Shown here in pieces: positions 37,101 through 50,399 of a stretch of 64,000 nt of DNA. The notes under the pieces were generated by a model that ran no database searches, was not told the DNA's origin, and saw only the letters and a list, made by a program, of their open reading frames with translations. The position numbers were made by a program, and so were the translations under genes. Position 1 is the stretch's first letter, and each line of letters begins with the position of its first letter. Origin of the DNA: Lama glama (lineage: Eukaryota); contig CM052816.1 of assembly GCA_028534125.1 (NCBI GenBank), positions 19,470,001 to 19,534,000 on the forward strand, written 5' to 3'.

Positions 37101-40100
37101 AAAAAATATTTTAGAAGGTTCCAAGTTGGTCATTAAGTTACTTTCTTGCACTATTAAGTGACTGATTACACCTGGTAACAACACTAAATGTATGTGTGTA
37201 TATCATATATATAATTTTACCTTCACTCCTAATCGTTTTTTCCATCACTACAACCTTTTCAGCATAATCATTCTTGGCCACCATTCCACTTCCTTGGTGA
37301 GGCTCAGGCTCAAAGAAGCATATGAACTTCCCTCCAGAAAGATTATCAACTGCCCAGAAAGTGCTCCCAAACTGAGTTCCAACTTAAAATAGGCACTATT
37401 TATCTGCTCAGGGTTAGCAACCCTGTGCTGGGGCCCTGTAAGTGCCCTACCCCTAGTGCCAACACTTAGGATTCTCTCCCTTAGGAGAAAGATTATTGCT
37501 AAGGCAATTACAACCACTGATTACAGAAGAGACATCACTTACTTCCTAATTGGCTTGTATTTGTTTACATGCCTTAAAAACAAATGTCCAGAAGGTTGAA
37601 CTTCTACTTTAATTCAGTTCTGGACTGCGAGTTTAGTTTTCACAAATACAAAGAAATATGTTGTTATTGGCTTCTTTTAAGGACTCATGTTCAAATGGGA
37701 GGACACCAGAGAAATTCATCATTCAATTCTTATTTGTAGGAGCAGATTCTCTGTAACTTGTAAATTATTTTGATTTATGGTGAATCATTATTGTATTCAT
37801 AAATGCTGGAAAGTTGGTGAACAACATGATATAATGACACCCCAAAATAATTTTATAACTGCAGGTGTGCAAATCATAACATGTGGGAGATGACTCAAAG
37901 GATAATGGGGAATAAAACAGTTTAGGAAGGGTCACAAAAAGAAGGGAAAGGAGCAAGGGCATGTACCCCAATTTTCCAAGATGTCTTTAAAACCAAACTA
38001 TTCATTTATAGGCAGATGCGGTGGAACAGGCAGGCATGGGCAGCAGAGTCAACAGTTACATTTAAACAAGCAAAGGCAAAATGCTCCATAATTTACAACA
38101 ACCCAATCACAGTCCTCATTCTTTTGAGGTTAAATGCTACTGACATAAGCTACACCTGAATCCAATCAGTGCAGAGACATTGAGAAGATTCACACGAAAG
38201 GACTAAATTTGTCACAAATGGGTTGGTTTCCGATCTTAATGTAGCCAAGTTGCTTTACTCTGACCTCCATTGAACAAATCAACTTAATGGGCACTAGGAG
38301 TGCTATAAAACTTAACAATGGAGTGATTTTTAACTTTTAAAATATAGTTATGAAGCAAAATGTTGGATAGCTTCTACAATACTGGAAATCAAATTAAATC
38401 TAGATGTTTTTTAACAGTCTTGACAGATATAATCCTAGTTACCATGTAAATTTATGGTAAGCTGCTGTGATATTAGCCACAGGTGCTACTTTTAATATAT
38501 GAGCCGCATCTGGCTGGGAATAGAATTTCTCAGAGGACTGAAAATGACCTCACTATCAGACAATGGAAGGGGAAAAAAACAAGACCACTGTGGCATATAA
38601 AAAGCTGAAGATGTGGTCCACAACTAAATAATTCACATAAAATTCATTTTAACTCTGCAGTTGTAGGTTAAAGGATATTATGCTTTCAATATTTAAGAGG
38701 CGTAGATATATTTCAACCAAATAGCCAGAAGATTAAGAATGTAAGACAGTTATGAATACCCTGGCTATGTATATAATACTAGTTTTCCAGCCTTTGATCA
38801 ATGTCGGGAAAAATGATGCAGTGAGACGTGAAAAGAAAATTCTTTCATGGTTCCCAAGCACACGACATGATTAGACACCACCAAGCATACCAATCCAAGA
38901 TGTAACAATTACTGATCTCTAAGCAGCAGCAGGTCTCCAGCGCCTGGCCAACATCACTGCGTGTGTTTTTAAAGTTCTGTGGAGCCATTCATCATGCCCA
39001 AGAAAACATTCTCATCGGGTGAAAGTTTTTAAAAATCACCAAAGTAATGAACACTCTGAGTCTGAGAACCAGCAATATCACCCACAGACAAATGCAAAGA
39101 GAAAACACAAGTTTCCCCTACCTATACATTTCAAAAATAAAAAGATGAATACCTATAAAATATAGAATTGTTTCCTTTTAAGAAATCCTTCCTGAACCAT
39201 TCAGAAGTCATCATTTGCCAGAGAACTGGCAAGTGTGGAAATGTGATAGAGGATTTACAAAGATTTAATTTCCTATGAAATAACTCTTCCCGAATTAAAC
39301 AAGCCTTCTTTATCAGGAAAAAACCTCTGAAAGAGAAATATTTCTATGAAAATATTCCCTACACCATTGCCCTGAGCTGTCAGAGTGGTGGCTACAAAGC
39401 CCTATAAACATAACATTTGCTTCCGACCTTCTCAAGGAACTTAAAGGGCTTGATTTTTTAGCTTCAACAGATCAATTCAATCTAGGAGACGATTTCTATT
39501 TACTTAAACAAGTAACTGGACCTATGCCTGATCTCCATGCGCATCAAGATCCTGAGAATCTTTAGCAGGAAGAACCTGGTATGACTCCCTGATACTTCTG
39601 TGATGAGCCAACAGCATTTATGTGGAGCCTTTAGAAAAGGGAGGCTCACAAAGCCTCTTCGGTGAAGATGGGTAGTTACCGCAGAAAGGCACTGGTTAAA
39701 ATTTCCGTTCATTGGAATACTACCATTAAATACCATGAAATAAAACGTTTTACTGACAGGGGAAAGTATTCACCATATATGAAATGGAAAAAAAAAACCA
39801 ACTGAGCAAAAAAAAGTCTACAATATGACCCCAACCATATATACATACATATATAGGTACATATGACAAATTACAAATGCACATGTATTGTTTTTAAATA
39901 GGCAGAAGGATTACAGGTATATTTTTCTCCTTTGTACTTTTGTGTTTTCCAAATTATAAAATGTACTATGCAATCAGAAAAAAAAAGTTTTATTTATTAG
40001 CAAGCTAAACACACCACACAAACGGAACAGGGTGCTGTCATTCCCATAAGAGAGAGAGGCCTGGCTGATCTCTGTGGGGGTATGAGTAATCCATAAACGT

Positions 40101-42034
40101 TAAACCTTTCTATTTAAAGCTTGCAGTTTTAAACAAATAGGAAGATGGAAGAGACTAATTCTCAAGCTTACATAACAGAATCATTCTTTAAGACGTTCAG
40201 AATTACAATGGCCCTCTCTTCCACGCATCTGTATCCACAGCTATATGGTCAGTGGTTCAGAAAGCTGGGGTCTCTCAATGCAGAGCAAGTTTATCTTCTC
40301 TACACAGAGTTCTAACTTGCCAAGTAAACTTTTTAGCTGCTTCTATCTGGAAGTCACTTCCACATCCAGGTAGAAGTTGACCTCCAATCTATAACTGACT
40401 TACAACAAATAACTGATTAATCAAGTATTATAAACTAATGTTGAGGTATGGAGGTACTGCCATGAGGTATTGCCATGGAGAACCATGTAGCAATTTACAG
40501 GTCAGCTTCCTATCAGTAGCTTGCTACCCTGTTCTTCAAAATATGCAAAGAACACATTGCCTCTTTTTAGCCCCCCAAAATAATTTCCTAAATAGAACAA
40601 AGAAACAATTTTGAATAGCAGCATTGTTCATTCAAAGGTCTAGGACATTCCTAAATAGAACTGCAATCCACATCCTGAATTGTTGCACAACTCTTCAAAA
40701 TATAGGCTTGGGTTAGAGAAGAGCTGTGGCCTTAGGGTAGGAAGCCTGGCCTTGGAAGGATGGCCCATCACCTCTTCATCTATAAGTTTGAGCAGGATCC
40801 TTCACTTCCTTGTTTCCACCATTAAGAAACTGGGCTTCCTAACACCTAGCCTTGCCAGGCTGCTGGGAAGCCCCAAAGAAACCACCTATGTTAGTGCCCG
40901 GGTCACCCAACAATGAGCTACCAACGCCTGCTAAGCACTCATTACTTCATTAAACACTTTGTGACTCTCCAAACTGTCAGAAAGGAAACCGATTTGGCTG
41001 CATTTCAGGTAAATAATGCAACACTAAGAGCCACCTGCATTACAAAATGACCTTAAAGCAAACTTTCTACATCAAAGTTTCTAAAAATCATTCCCCAAAA
41101 ATGTATCCAATAAATTTTTTAACTTTTGTATCTGAAAAGACATCAGTTACAATTTTTTAAAAATTCAGCCAAGAGTGCTAGACCAGTAGTTACAGAAAAG
41201 GAAAGGGATCTGAGATTAAAGGAATTGTCTTAAAACAGAAATGAATGCCTAACTGATAACAGGGAAAAGGCCTGTGGGACTGTGTTACTCTGTGGGGTCT
41301 TGGAAGAATCTGCAATGGGCCCTAAGGAAATCCAAGATTCACAAAAGTATGTGGAGCCAAAATACTGAGTAAGTGCCAACCTCAGTCTCTCCTTATTGGA
41401 GGTGATTTACTGGACATGCTACCAGTGTCTCATTTCTTTCGCTGACATCTCAAAACTGCCTTCAGAACAAAGGCACAATCAATGCTCCTCTCCAGGGAAG
41501 GACACCATGATGCTCAAGACTGTCCCACCTACCAGCAGTTTAGCAGCCAAGTAAGGTGGTCACCGTTTGGAGCCATCTGTGTCTAGGAGGAAGGAAACGA
41601 GGGAGAGAAGTCCCTGGTGAGAAAGGGTTTTAGGTAATAATCTGTAGGAGATATAAAGATGAAAAATACTATGCTCCCCTGGGGCTGAGGGCACTGACTA
41701 GGATCACCTGTGGCCCAATCGAGGCCTGTGTGTGTTCAGCACTCCTGGGCAGCACTGGGAAGGTGCCATGCAAGACGGACAGAAGCACAACCCAAGTCTC
41801 GGCCCTCAAAGTACTTGCACAGACTGAGTTTTGAGCCCTCCTCTCTTCTCACACTACAGTTTCTGCCTGGGTGATCTCACTATTACACTCGCTTTGTTCC
41901 ATTCCCACCTATGACTCCCCAATTATCTATAAGCCAGACCTCTACTCTGAGCTCCTAACTCAGACATAAAACTTCCTTCCTGAGGCTGACATCAGGGGTC
42001 TCATAGCAACTCACACTTAACAATATCCAAACCA

Positions 42035-42829
42035 TCATTCAAAAGTCCACGAACAATAAATGCTGGAGAGGGTGTCAAGAAAAGGCAGCCTTCCTAAACT
42101 GCTGGTGGGAATGCAGTTTGGTGCAGCCATTATGGAGGGACAGTATGGAAATTCCTCAAAAAACTAAAAACAGACTTACCATATGATCCAGCAATCCTAC
42201 TCCTGGGCATATATCCAGAGGGAACCTTAATTCAAAAAGACACCTGCACCCCAATGTTCATAGCAGCACTATATACAATAGTCAAGACATGGAAGAACCT
42301 AAATGTCCATCAACAGATGACTGGATGAAGAAGTTGTGGTATATTTATACAATGGGATACTACTCAGCCATAAAAAAGAATAAAATAATGCCATTTGCAG
42401 CAACATGGATGGACCTGGAGAATGTCATTCCAAGTGAAGTAAGCCAGAAACAGAAAGAAAAATACCATATGATATCACTCATATGTGGAATCTGAAAAAA
42501 AAAAAAAAAGGAAAAAAAGGACACTATGAACAGACTTGAGACATGGTAAACAACCTTATGGTTACCGGGGGAAAGGGGGTGGGAAGGCATAAATTTGGGA
42601 CTTTGAGATTTGCAAATGTTAAGCCACTATATATAAAAATAGATTTAAAAAAAAACAAGTTTCTTCTGTATAGCACAGGGAACTATATTCAATATCTTGT
42701 AATAACCTTTAATGAAAAAGAATATGAAAATGAATATATGTATGTATATGCATGGCTGGGACATGGTGCTGTACACCAGAAATTGATACATTGTAACTGA
42801 CTACTTCAAAAAAAAATTATCAAAAAAAT
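42035..42829 (+). mobile_element. Young 5'-truncated L1
   Basis: ORF2 C-terminal remnant ([15 protein letters not shown]), 3' UTR and A tail. Exact 14-bp TSD caatatccaaacca at 42021-42034 and 42830-42843. Confidence 0.93.
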
Positions 42830-43304
42830 CAATATCCAAACCAGGCATCTTATTCTCCGCACCCCAATCCTATTCCTTTCCCACGTCTCCCCAGCTCAGA
42901 AAATGTCCCTACTGACCACCCAGTTCCTTGGGTCCAAAACCTGAAAGTCATTCTTAACACCTCCTGCTCTTCTTCCTCACCACCCATCACCACTCCTCCC
43001 TAGTTAGAGAAACTTGGATTTTCTCTTTACATTTGTATTTCCTATAAGTTATGTGTAGCACCACTGGTTCCTGCTCATGTAAACTTCTAAAAACAGCTCT
43101 AACGTCTACACCCCTCTGCTTCCCCTCTGTCACTACCAAGTCCACAATCTCCTGCTGATGTCTCACCTGGATGAATGCAACAGCCTTCTTACTATTCTCT
43201 TCATGTGACTTTTGCCCCCTCCCACCTCCACTTCATCCTCTAAGTCCCCCAGCAGCCAGCTCACTTCCCTTAACACCATGCTCACCCCCCTGACACCCCT
43301 GGTC

Positions 43305-43786
43305 CTATTCCAGTCATCTTTCTGTGCCACCATAATGGTACACATGAAAGTCCTGGCTGATGCTCTCAAGAACATCAACAATGCCAAAAAGAGATATAAA
43401 TGCCAGGTTCTTATTAGACTGTGCTCCAGAGTTATCAACCAATTTCTAACTGTGATAAGGAAACATAGTCCCATTGGCAAATTTGAAATCACTGATGATC
43501 AGAGTTGGAGAAAACTGCTGTGAACCTCAACGGGCAAGTGTAACATGTGTGTGATGATCAGCCCCAGATTTGATACGCAACTTGAAGATCTACAAAAATG
43601 GCAGCCTGCCCATTTGGTTTCACTGCACTGACAACCTCAGCTGGCACCATGGACCAAGGGGAAGCGAAACAAAAAATGTAAGAGGGAAAACCCTGGGATT
43701 CTCTTCCTAGGGATATAATACATACATGCAAAAAAAGGGTGGGGGAAAAAAGCCTCAAGGGACGAAGGAAAAAAAAAGAAAGAAAA
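43305..43786 (+). pseudogene. RPS15A: Processed pseudogene of 40S ribosomal protein S15a (uS8)
   Basis: ATG at 43335 gives [55 protein letters not shown], versus recalled [55 protein letters not shown]. Later frames give ISPRFD.QLEDL.KWQ, LTTSAG.MD and GK.LGF. Intronless and frameshifted; original stop TAG at 43708-43710; A-rich tail. Confidence 0.95.
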
Positions 43787-43899
43787 TGCATCAGTTTATT
43801 AGTTCCTTAGAGGGGGCCTTCCCTGACGGCTCTCCTCCAGTTGCATTCGGTCTCCCCGTTATTCTCTCTCACGACACTCTCCTGTGCTAGAGAAGGAGC

Positions 43900-44140
43900 G
43901 TCCACGCTGGCAAATGGTAGGGATTGCCCGGGGTCAAATCCCAATTCCACCACTTAGTAGCTTTGGGACCTTTGGCAAGTCACTTAATCTAAACTTTGTA
44001 ACTTATGTACAAAATGAGGTAAATATTCTCTGTGAAGACTGGGGGTTGGGAGGACTAAATGAATCAATACATGTAAAGTCCTAAGAAGACAGTGCCTGGC
44101 CCCACGTTTGAGTGTACATTAAGTATTAGCTATTATGGTT
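43900..44140. mobile_element. MIR SINE
   Basis: ggggtcaaatcccaattccaccacttagtagctttgggacctttggcaagtcacttaatct...agtgcctggc. Confidence 0.8.
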
Positions 44141-47100
44141 TTTCTTCATGGCACTCACCATAAGTGGCAATTACATATTCATTATTTTCTTTGTTTATGC
44201 TCTCCCTTCCCAACTCTACTGTAAGCACCATGAAAATGGGGACAATATCTGCTTTGCTTACCTCTTCACCCTCCATGTCTAGCACAGTGTCTTGCCTGCA
44301 GGAAGTGTACGCTAATTGTTTATTACCAAAAAATGGGTTTATTACCCATTAATTATTTATTACCAAGTAATCAAGTACACAAGAGTCAAAAAACACTTTT
44401 AGAAGTGGGTGGCATGTGGACAGATGGGGTGGAATAGGTGTAGGTGGGGTGGAGCATGGCAGTAGGGCGGGTAGAGTAGCTTTAATAAAGGTAAGGAAAG
44501 AATTGAATGGAAATACTGAGGGTGTTGGCTCCAGTTCCGGCATGCCACTAATGTTTTTGCTCCCCTGTACTTGGTTTCCCTGCCTCTCCAGGGAAAGGGA
44601 AGATGAGGTGACCTCTCGGGTGTCTTACAGTTCTAATCTCTAACAGAGTAAAGAGGCCTCCAGCAGAGTAGTAATGAGACGTAGGGTTAGAGACTGTGGG
44701 TGGCTTTGAAAACCTCAGGAGATGATGTCTTACAAGGCGTAACATGAAGGAACTACGAGTTTCTGAGCAAAGACCAACTTGGTGACAACAAAGTGGCACA
44801 CAAGCCAGTGAAGACAGAGGGGCTAGAGGTAAACAGCCGTCAGGAAGCACCTACAGGAAGGCAAGGGGAGCGGAGGTGCACCAGACCAGAAGCACAGTCT
44901 TGGTGAAAGGCACTAAAGGAAGACGCACCAGTTCCTGGTGACTGATCGTCAGGGTAACTCTTCAGTTTCAGGTCTGGGTACTTGAGAGGATGGTGGTGCT
45001 ACTGAGACAAACAAGCAAGTTTCCGGGAGAAACTTAGAAGTTTCTTTCAAGGAATTTTCTTGTAGGAAAGATAGAAACACAAGAGTTTGCCTTCAGATAC
45101 TCTAAACCTGAGGCATGCTAAACCCTGGGAGCGAGCACAAAAGGACCCGCCCTGCCCAGCTCAGTGAACCAGTCTCAGGGCCCTCACATCCCCAACACGT
45201 TACAAATAAGATGTGCCCTCTTTCTCCCTCTCCCTGACCTATGCCACCTGCTCACCCCTCCCCCTGAGCTCCTTCCCTCAGAAAAAACCTATCAGACCTT
45301 TGAGGATCAACTGAAAACTCCCTCTCCCTCTCCAGGCAGCCATCCTAACGTGCACCTCCTTCGGCTTATTAGCACTTCATATTTTAGTGCTTGATTAGCG
45401 TGGCAACATAAAAAATAATCTTGTACAATTCAGATGTGCCACCACCTCCCCGGTAAGACTGGGAGCTCCTCTGGCAGAGATAGAATCAGGCACTTCTTTG
45501 CAGCCTCATCCCTCCATGCCTTGGGCCCAGAGCGAGGCTAGCCTCTCAGTGGCTACAGCTCAAGGATCTCGCTACACTCACTGGTCCTGACTGAGCCAGA
45601 CTCTCCGGCTGTCAGTGGGGAGACCACGTGGCTCCCAGCCCAGCCTCACCTGGATCTGCTTCAGGCACCTGGTGCACGTCCACCACCAGGCTTATGATGG
45701 TGAGGACAGGGCGTTTGAAGCCGGTGTGCTGAATGATGTGGCAGAAGGCCACAAGCCTGCCTTGCTTGCTGAGGGCACAGAAGCAAACTGATTCATTAGC
45801 AGTGTCTGCTGTTCTGATAGGACTGATTTTAATGATACAATCAAACGACCTCTGCTTGCTCAACAGTGATACCAGGGCTGTTCCTACACCAGGACAGATT
45901 CTTCTGTTTTAGCTGACAAACCGTTCCTTTGTCAGGGAGGTACTGTCAAATCCATTTAAGGCAGAAAAGTAATCCAACAGGCAGTTAGGAAACAACATAT
46001 CTCTTGGGAAAAAAGTTTAAAAATAAAAATGAAAACATCTTTCTGTATCACAGTAGGATCTAAAAACGGTGCCATGGGAACCAGAGATAAGACTGGCACC
46101 TCATATCTGTGACATGACCCCATGGGACCACCAGCAATCTGACGATGTCAGTCTGGTTCCACATCCATCTGCAAAATTCAGTGAACTAATTTTAGTGAAT
46201 TAATTAGGATGGCTCATTCCAGCCTGGATCAGAAGAGCAATATGATGGCAAATTATCTGCCAAACAAGGGAGAGGATGTACTGCTTTGATTTGTTTAAAA
46301 GAATGCAGAGAAAAGAGCAGAACACAGAGAGCTCGGAGCCAGGGAAGAAGACCCCCACCCACGTGTCCAAACTGGTGGGGCCGAATCCTTCCTGAGGTCA
46401 GAGAGATACTGGTCACCATCCGGCCACAGAAACATGAGTACAGCACTGAATTTGCTGCTCTGAAGGGCTGACTAGCTGATAAAGCCTCTCCATCAGGCAC
46501 CCAAGGTCGTATTTTGGAACAGCCGAATTCAGGTTTCCATGTCATGGCCCTAATGCACCAAAACTCTATTTACAAAACTCTTGCTGTGCAAACCTGAACA
46601 CTACTGATAATGGCTGTACTGAAGCAAAGGACTGGCATACCAAAGAAAAACAGAAACAGAAAAGAGTAAGACCAAAATACTTTTAAGTTATTATTTAATG
46701 TCCCCTTTAAATTATTTTTTGTAATTATCAAGCCAGCAATCCATTGTTACTCATTTGTATTCAACCTACTTAAGCAGTACCAGCAATGCAGGCTGAAACA
46801 AATGCCTCAGTAATTTCCTAACTTTTGAGTGTTATTTTCTTGTCAGTTAAATTTAAAGCAACCCATTTGTGACCACATTATACCAAGCTAATCTCATCTA
46901 AAATGCTTCCCAAACCATAACAGCTACACTAAGGTTTTATACTAATGAAAGCAATTTACATAAATGAAATTTATGTCAATGCATTTCATGACAAATTTTT
47001 TATTTTATAATAATTATAGTACTTATATGATAACATCTGTTGATATTCACAGTCTAAACCTGGCAAAGATTTAAACCCACAACATTTTCCATGCATCATG

Positions 47101-50100
47101 TACATTATCTGTGAAAAGCAATAAAAAAAGCAATGAATGCATTAATCATACCAATATCATCTGCAAAGCATAAATCTGAAATACCTTTCACGTCAGCTCA
47201 AACTGCTTTTTATTTTTTACACACCTGATTTTACGCCATCTGTAAAAGGGCAAGACAAAGACTTTTGAGGAAATTATATTTCTTGGCTGTTTGACTTTTA
47301 CAAAATACTCAGGCTAAGTTGTGTAAACAGAAGATTTACTATACGACTAAGAAAAAACGATGCAGTTAAAAGTCCATTTTTATTAAAGGGCGGTGTAATG
47401 ACCACAGCATTTCCACACTGCAATGTGGTGTCATATTTGCATTTTTTACACCTGTTTTACATTTCCCCTCGTCTATCTCTCGCATGTGTTTTCACGAATA
47501 CACACCAGGTTTAAACCTATTCTATGACATAAACAGCAGAAGACTCTGAATGATAGCATTTTAGGCTCTAATTTCCCTACCCTGGTGGACACCAAAACCA
47601 GTGTCCCAGCCTGGTGGGACCTGACCACAGCACGTCCTACCCAGGGCTTCCTGGGACTCCAAGAATAACTTCAAAGGGAACGCCAGCATGATATCCTTAC
47701 TAGTGTCTCATTTTTTATGGGAACTTTTGTAAAGTGTGCGCGTCTCTACTCTCCAAGGCAATGACAACCATGGACGCTTTCTCAGGTTTCTATCTGGCTA
47801 ATGAAGCTCATGAGCAGGCACATGTTAAAAGCAAGCTACCGGTGTGCTAACTAGACAAGTTTTCACTTCACCTGGCTCCCAGACACACAGACATCAGCCT
47901 AAATTTTAAAAGCAAAATGACACTTTCTAACCTGCATGATCTGAAGTCTTAGGAACATCCTTACTGAGAGTGTTTCCCACCCTCAACAGGCAGTGAACAG
48001 CCACTTTCAAGAGTGCTCAGATGTGACCTTTAAATTTTGCATGACTGATTCATAACTTTAACATGCACCAAGACTTGGTGCACAATGAACAATCAAACCC
48101 AAACGGACAAATTCGTTCACAAATGAGAGCTGCTGAGACCCCCTCCTCACCCATGTCCTGTGAAGACAGCTGTTTTTCTTAACAGTGGTTTGTCTTCTGG
48201 TATCATCAAGCTTTTGACTTCAGTAAGTGTTTCAAAATGTGAACCATAAGCCTATTATCAAATTCCTCAATAAAACATCTTTATAAAGTAAATCAGCGAC
48301 AGTAACTTTCAACTGCTCTACAGCAGGAACTTCAGGCACAGGAACAGAAACATTTTATAAACCCCAAAGCCACATATGGTGCTGCTGCTGCTGGAGGCAC
48401 AGAAGCCCACTCCAACCACCGCCGCCGCAGCCTGCGCCATTCAGAAGTTCCTTTCCAGACCAGCTCCAGAAATCTTTCAATGGCAGTAGTCACAATAACC
48501 AAAATGTGATGAGCAACATACAAACCAGATAGAGCTTGGACCTTGCCCTGCAAGAGGTACTACACTTGGACAAGCTAGTAGATTGAACCATGCAAAAGTG
48601 TCATTTTTGTAGGTCAAATCTGGCTGAGTATCAGCCAGTTCGTAAGATTTCATCTAACAAAATCGAATGTCCCACAGGCAGACCTACCTAAGGAAGGACA
48701 GATAAAGTACCCCTCCAGGAATGCAGAGAATGACAGTTCTTTCTCACCAAGCCCAATCCCCTTCTTGGGAATCAAAAGGTGCTCTCTATTACAAAGTGGA
48801 AATTCCTTAATTCCTCCATTCAGAATTCTTTATTCACCCAAAAGGTACCACACCAGGTCAGGTGCCCCGCTTCCGCTCTTACTTATTCTTGATATTCAGT
48901 TTGTTTCCATGCTGAACAACTGTGGTCCAGTATCCAACAGTGACAGAATAGGGACAGCCTTCCTGGGAGGTTGTGATGCCACCTAGCCCACCTGGGTGGC
49001 TGCCCTGGAGGGCTCTAACTGCTGGCATCTGGAGTAGCTGTTTGCTGCTTCCAAAGCCTCACCTTCTATACCTGCTTCCAAAGCATAAAATTTCCTCTGA
49101 TTTTGTAAGCTTCCCACTTGTCCCCACATGACAATGCCTAACAAAATGTATCTTTATGGAAAGCTCACACCCACATTTCTAACCGACATTTTGCTCTTTC
49201 AATGCAGTCACCCTGCAGTTGCCAAACACCTAAGAATACGTTTATGTGTCACTTAGAAACCTCTCCCTCCTTATGTCTACATGAACAGAAAAAAAGCAAA
49301 ACGCCTTTCAGAGGCCAACCCCACCCTATCTGAGTCCAAGTGCTCCAAGTGTCGAAACTTCCTGCCTCAGTCCTGGCACCGCCATACTCTGAATGCTCAC
49401 CGAGTCTTACCACTGCCTTCGCCCTGCCACCAAGGACAAGCAATGGGATGACAGCAACCAAAACCCATGGCCACTTCATCTACCTTAGAACCCCTTGGGA
49501 ATTTTCACATTCATAATCTCCAAGAATGTGCACCAATCTGAGCTATCAAATGCACGTGGACTATTTGGAAGTAACTGTACCTTGGAATAAAACCTCCAAG
49601 AGGAAAAAAGTTCAAACATATTTTACTAGCTACTTCAGATAGTAAGACCCAGAATAACCCAAGGCTTTGAGAAATGGGTTTTTTATCCAGAGTCAAATGA
49701 AAATGTTTCTAAAGTGTATGTTTCAATTTCTAAAGTAATGAAAGATATTAATTCTAAAGCAAACTTACGATACCATTTTACACAACTGTATAAGCAAACC
49801 ACTTAAAAACTGTAACACCCAGCAAGTATAATCTTACTCCTGAAGATTTATTGTAAGTAAAATGACAAGACTATGTAAAGAATTGAAAAATGTTCATATA
49901 CTACTTAACAAACAAAATGGAACGTATTACCTATGCGTTCAGCAAAGACTAAAAAAAAAACTATTAACACCCAGTATGGGTTGAACTCTCTTAAGGGAAA
50001 GGGCATCAGTTCAGACCACAGCTCCCTCCGGTGTACAGAGCTGAGGCCAGGAGGGCCGCTGCCGCTGCCTGGAGCACGTAGAGCACAGCAGGCCTCCCTT

Positions 50101-50399
50101 AACTCCTGCTGAGGGCAGGGCTGCAGCCAGGGAGACATGGCCTTAGCGAGGCGTACACGTGCACATGGAAATGCCCGCTCACAATAAAAAATGATAGGCC
50201 CACAGGGCTACACCGGACGCCGTCACATATCCATTCTGAATAGATGGGGGACTACACCTAAAAGATAAATTCCTAGATTAGGAAAACGGGTTTGTGTATT
50301 TTAAAAGTTGACAGACATTGCTCAAGTGCCCTCCAAAAAGACTATATTAACTGACACTCCTACCTCACAGCCGCACTTCCCTCCTCACCAGCTGAGACT

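Larger units (their letters stand above)
41830..44330. mobile_element. L2 LINE remnant split by a young L1, an RPS15A retrocopy and a MIR
   Basis: L2-like C/T-rich phrases continue across the insertions (ccagacctctactctgagctcc; ccaaaacctgaaagtcattcttaacacctcc; ccttccctgac; tgtctagcacagtgtcttgc). Bounds approximate. Confidence 0.6.

Noticed and set aside
43212..43523. 103-aa ORF containing the RPS15A N-terminal half as a possible functional retrogene
   Set aside because: Many non-conservative substitutions, a frameshift and an internal deletion in a normally near-invariant protein.
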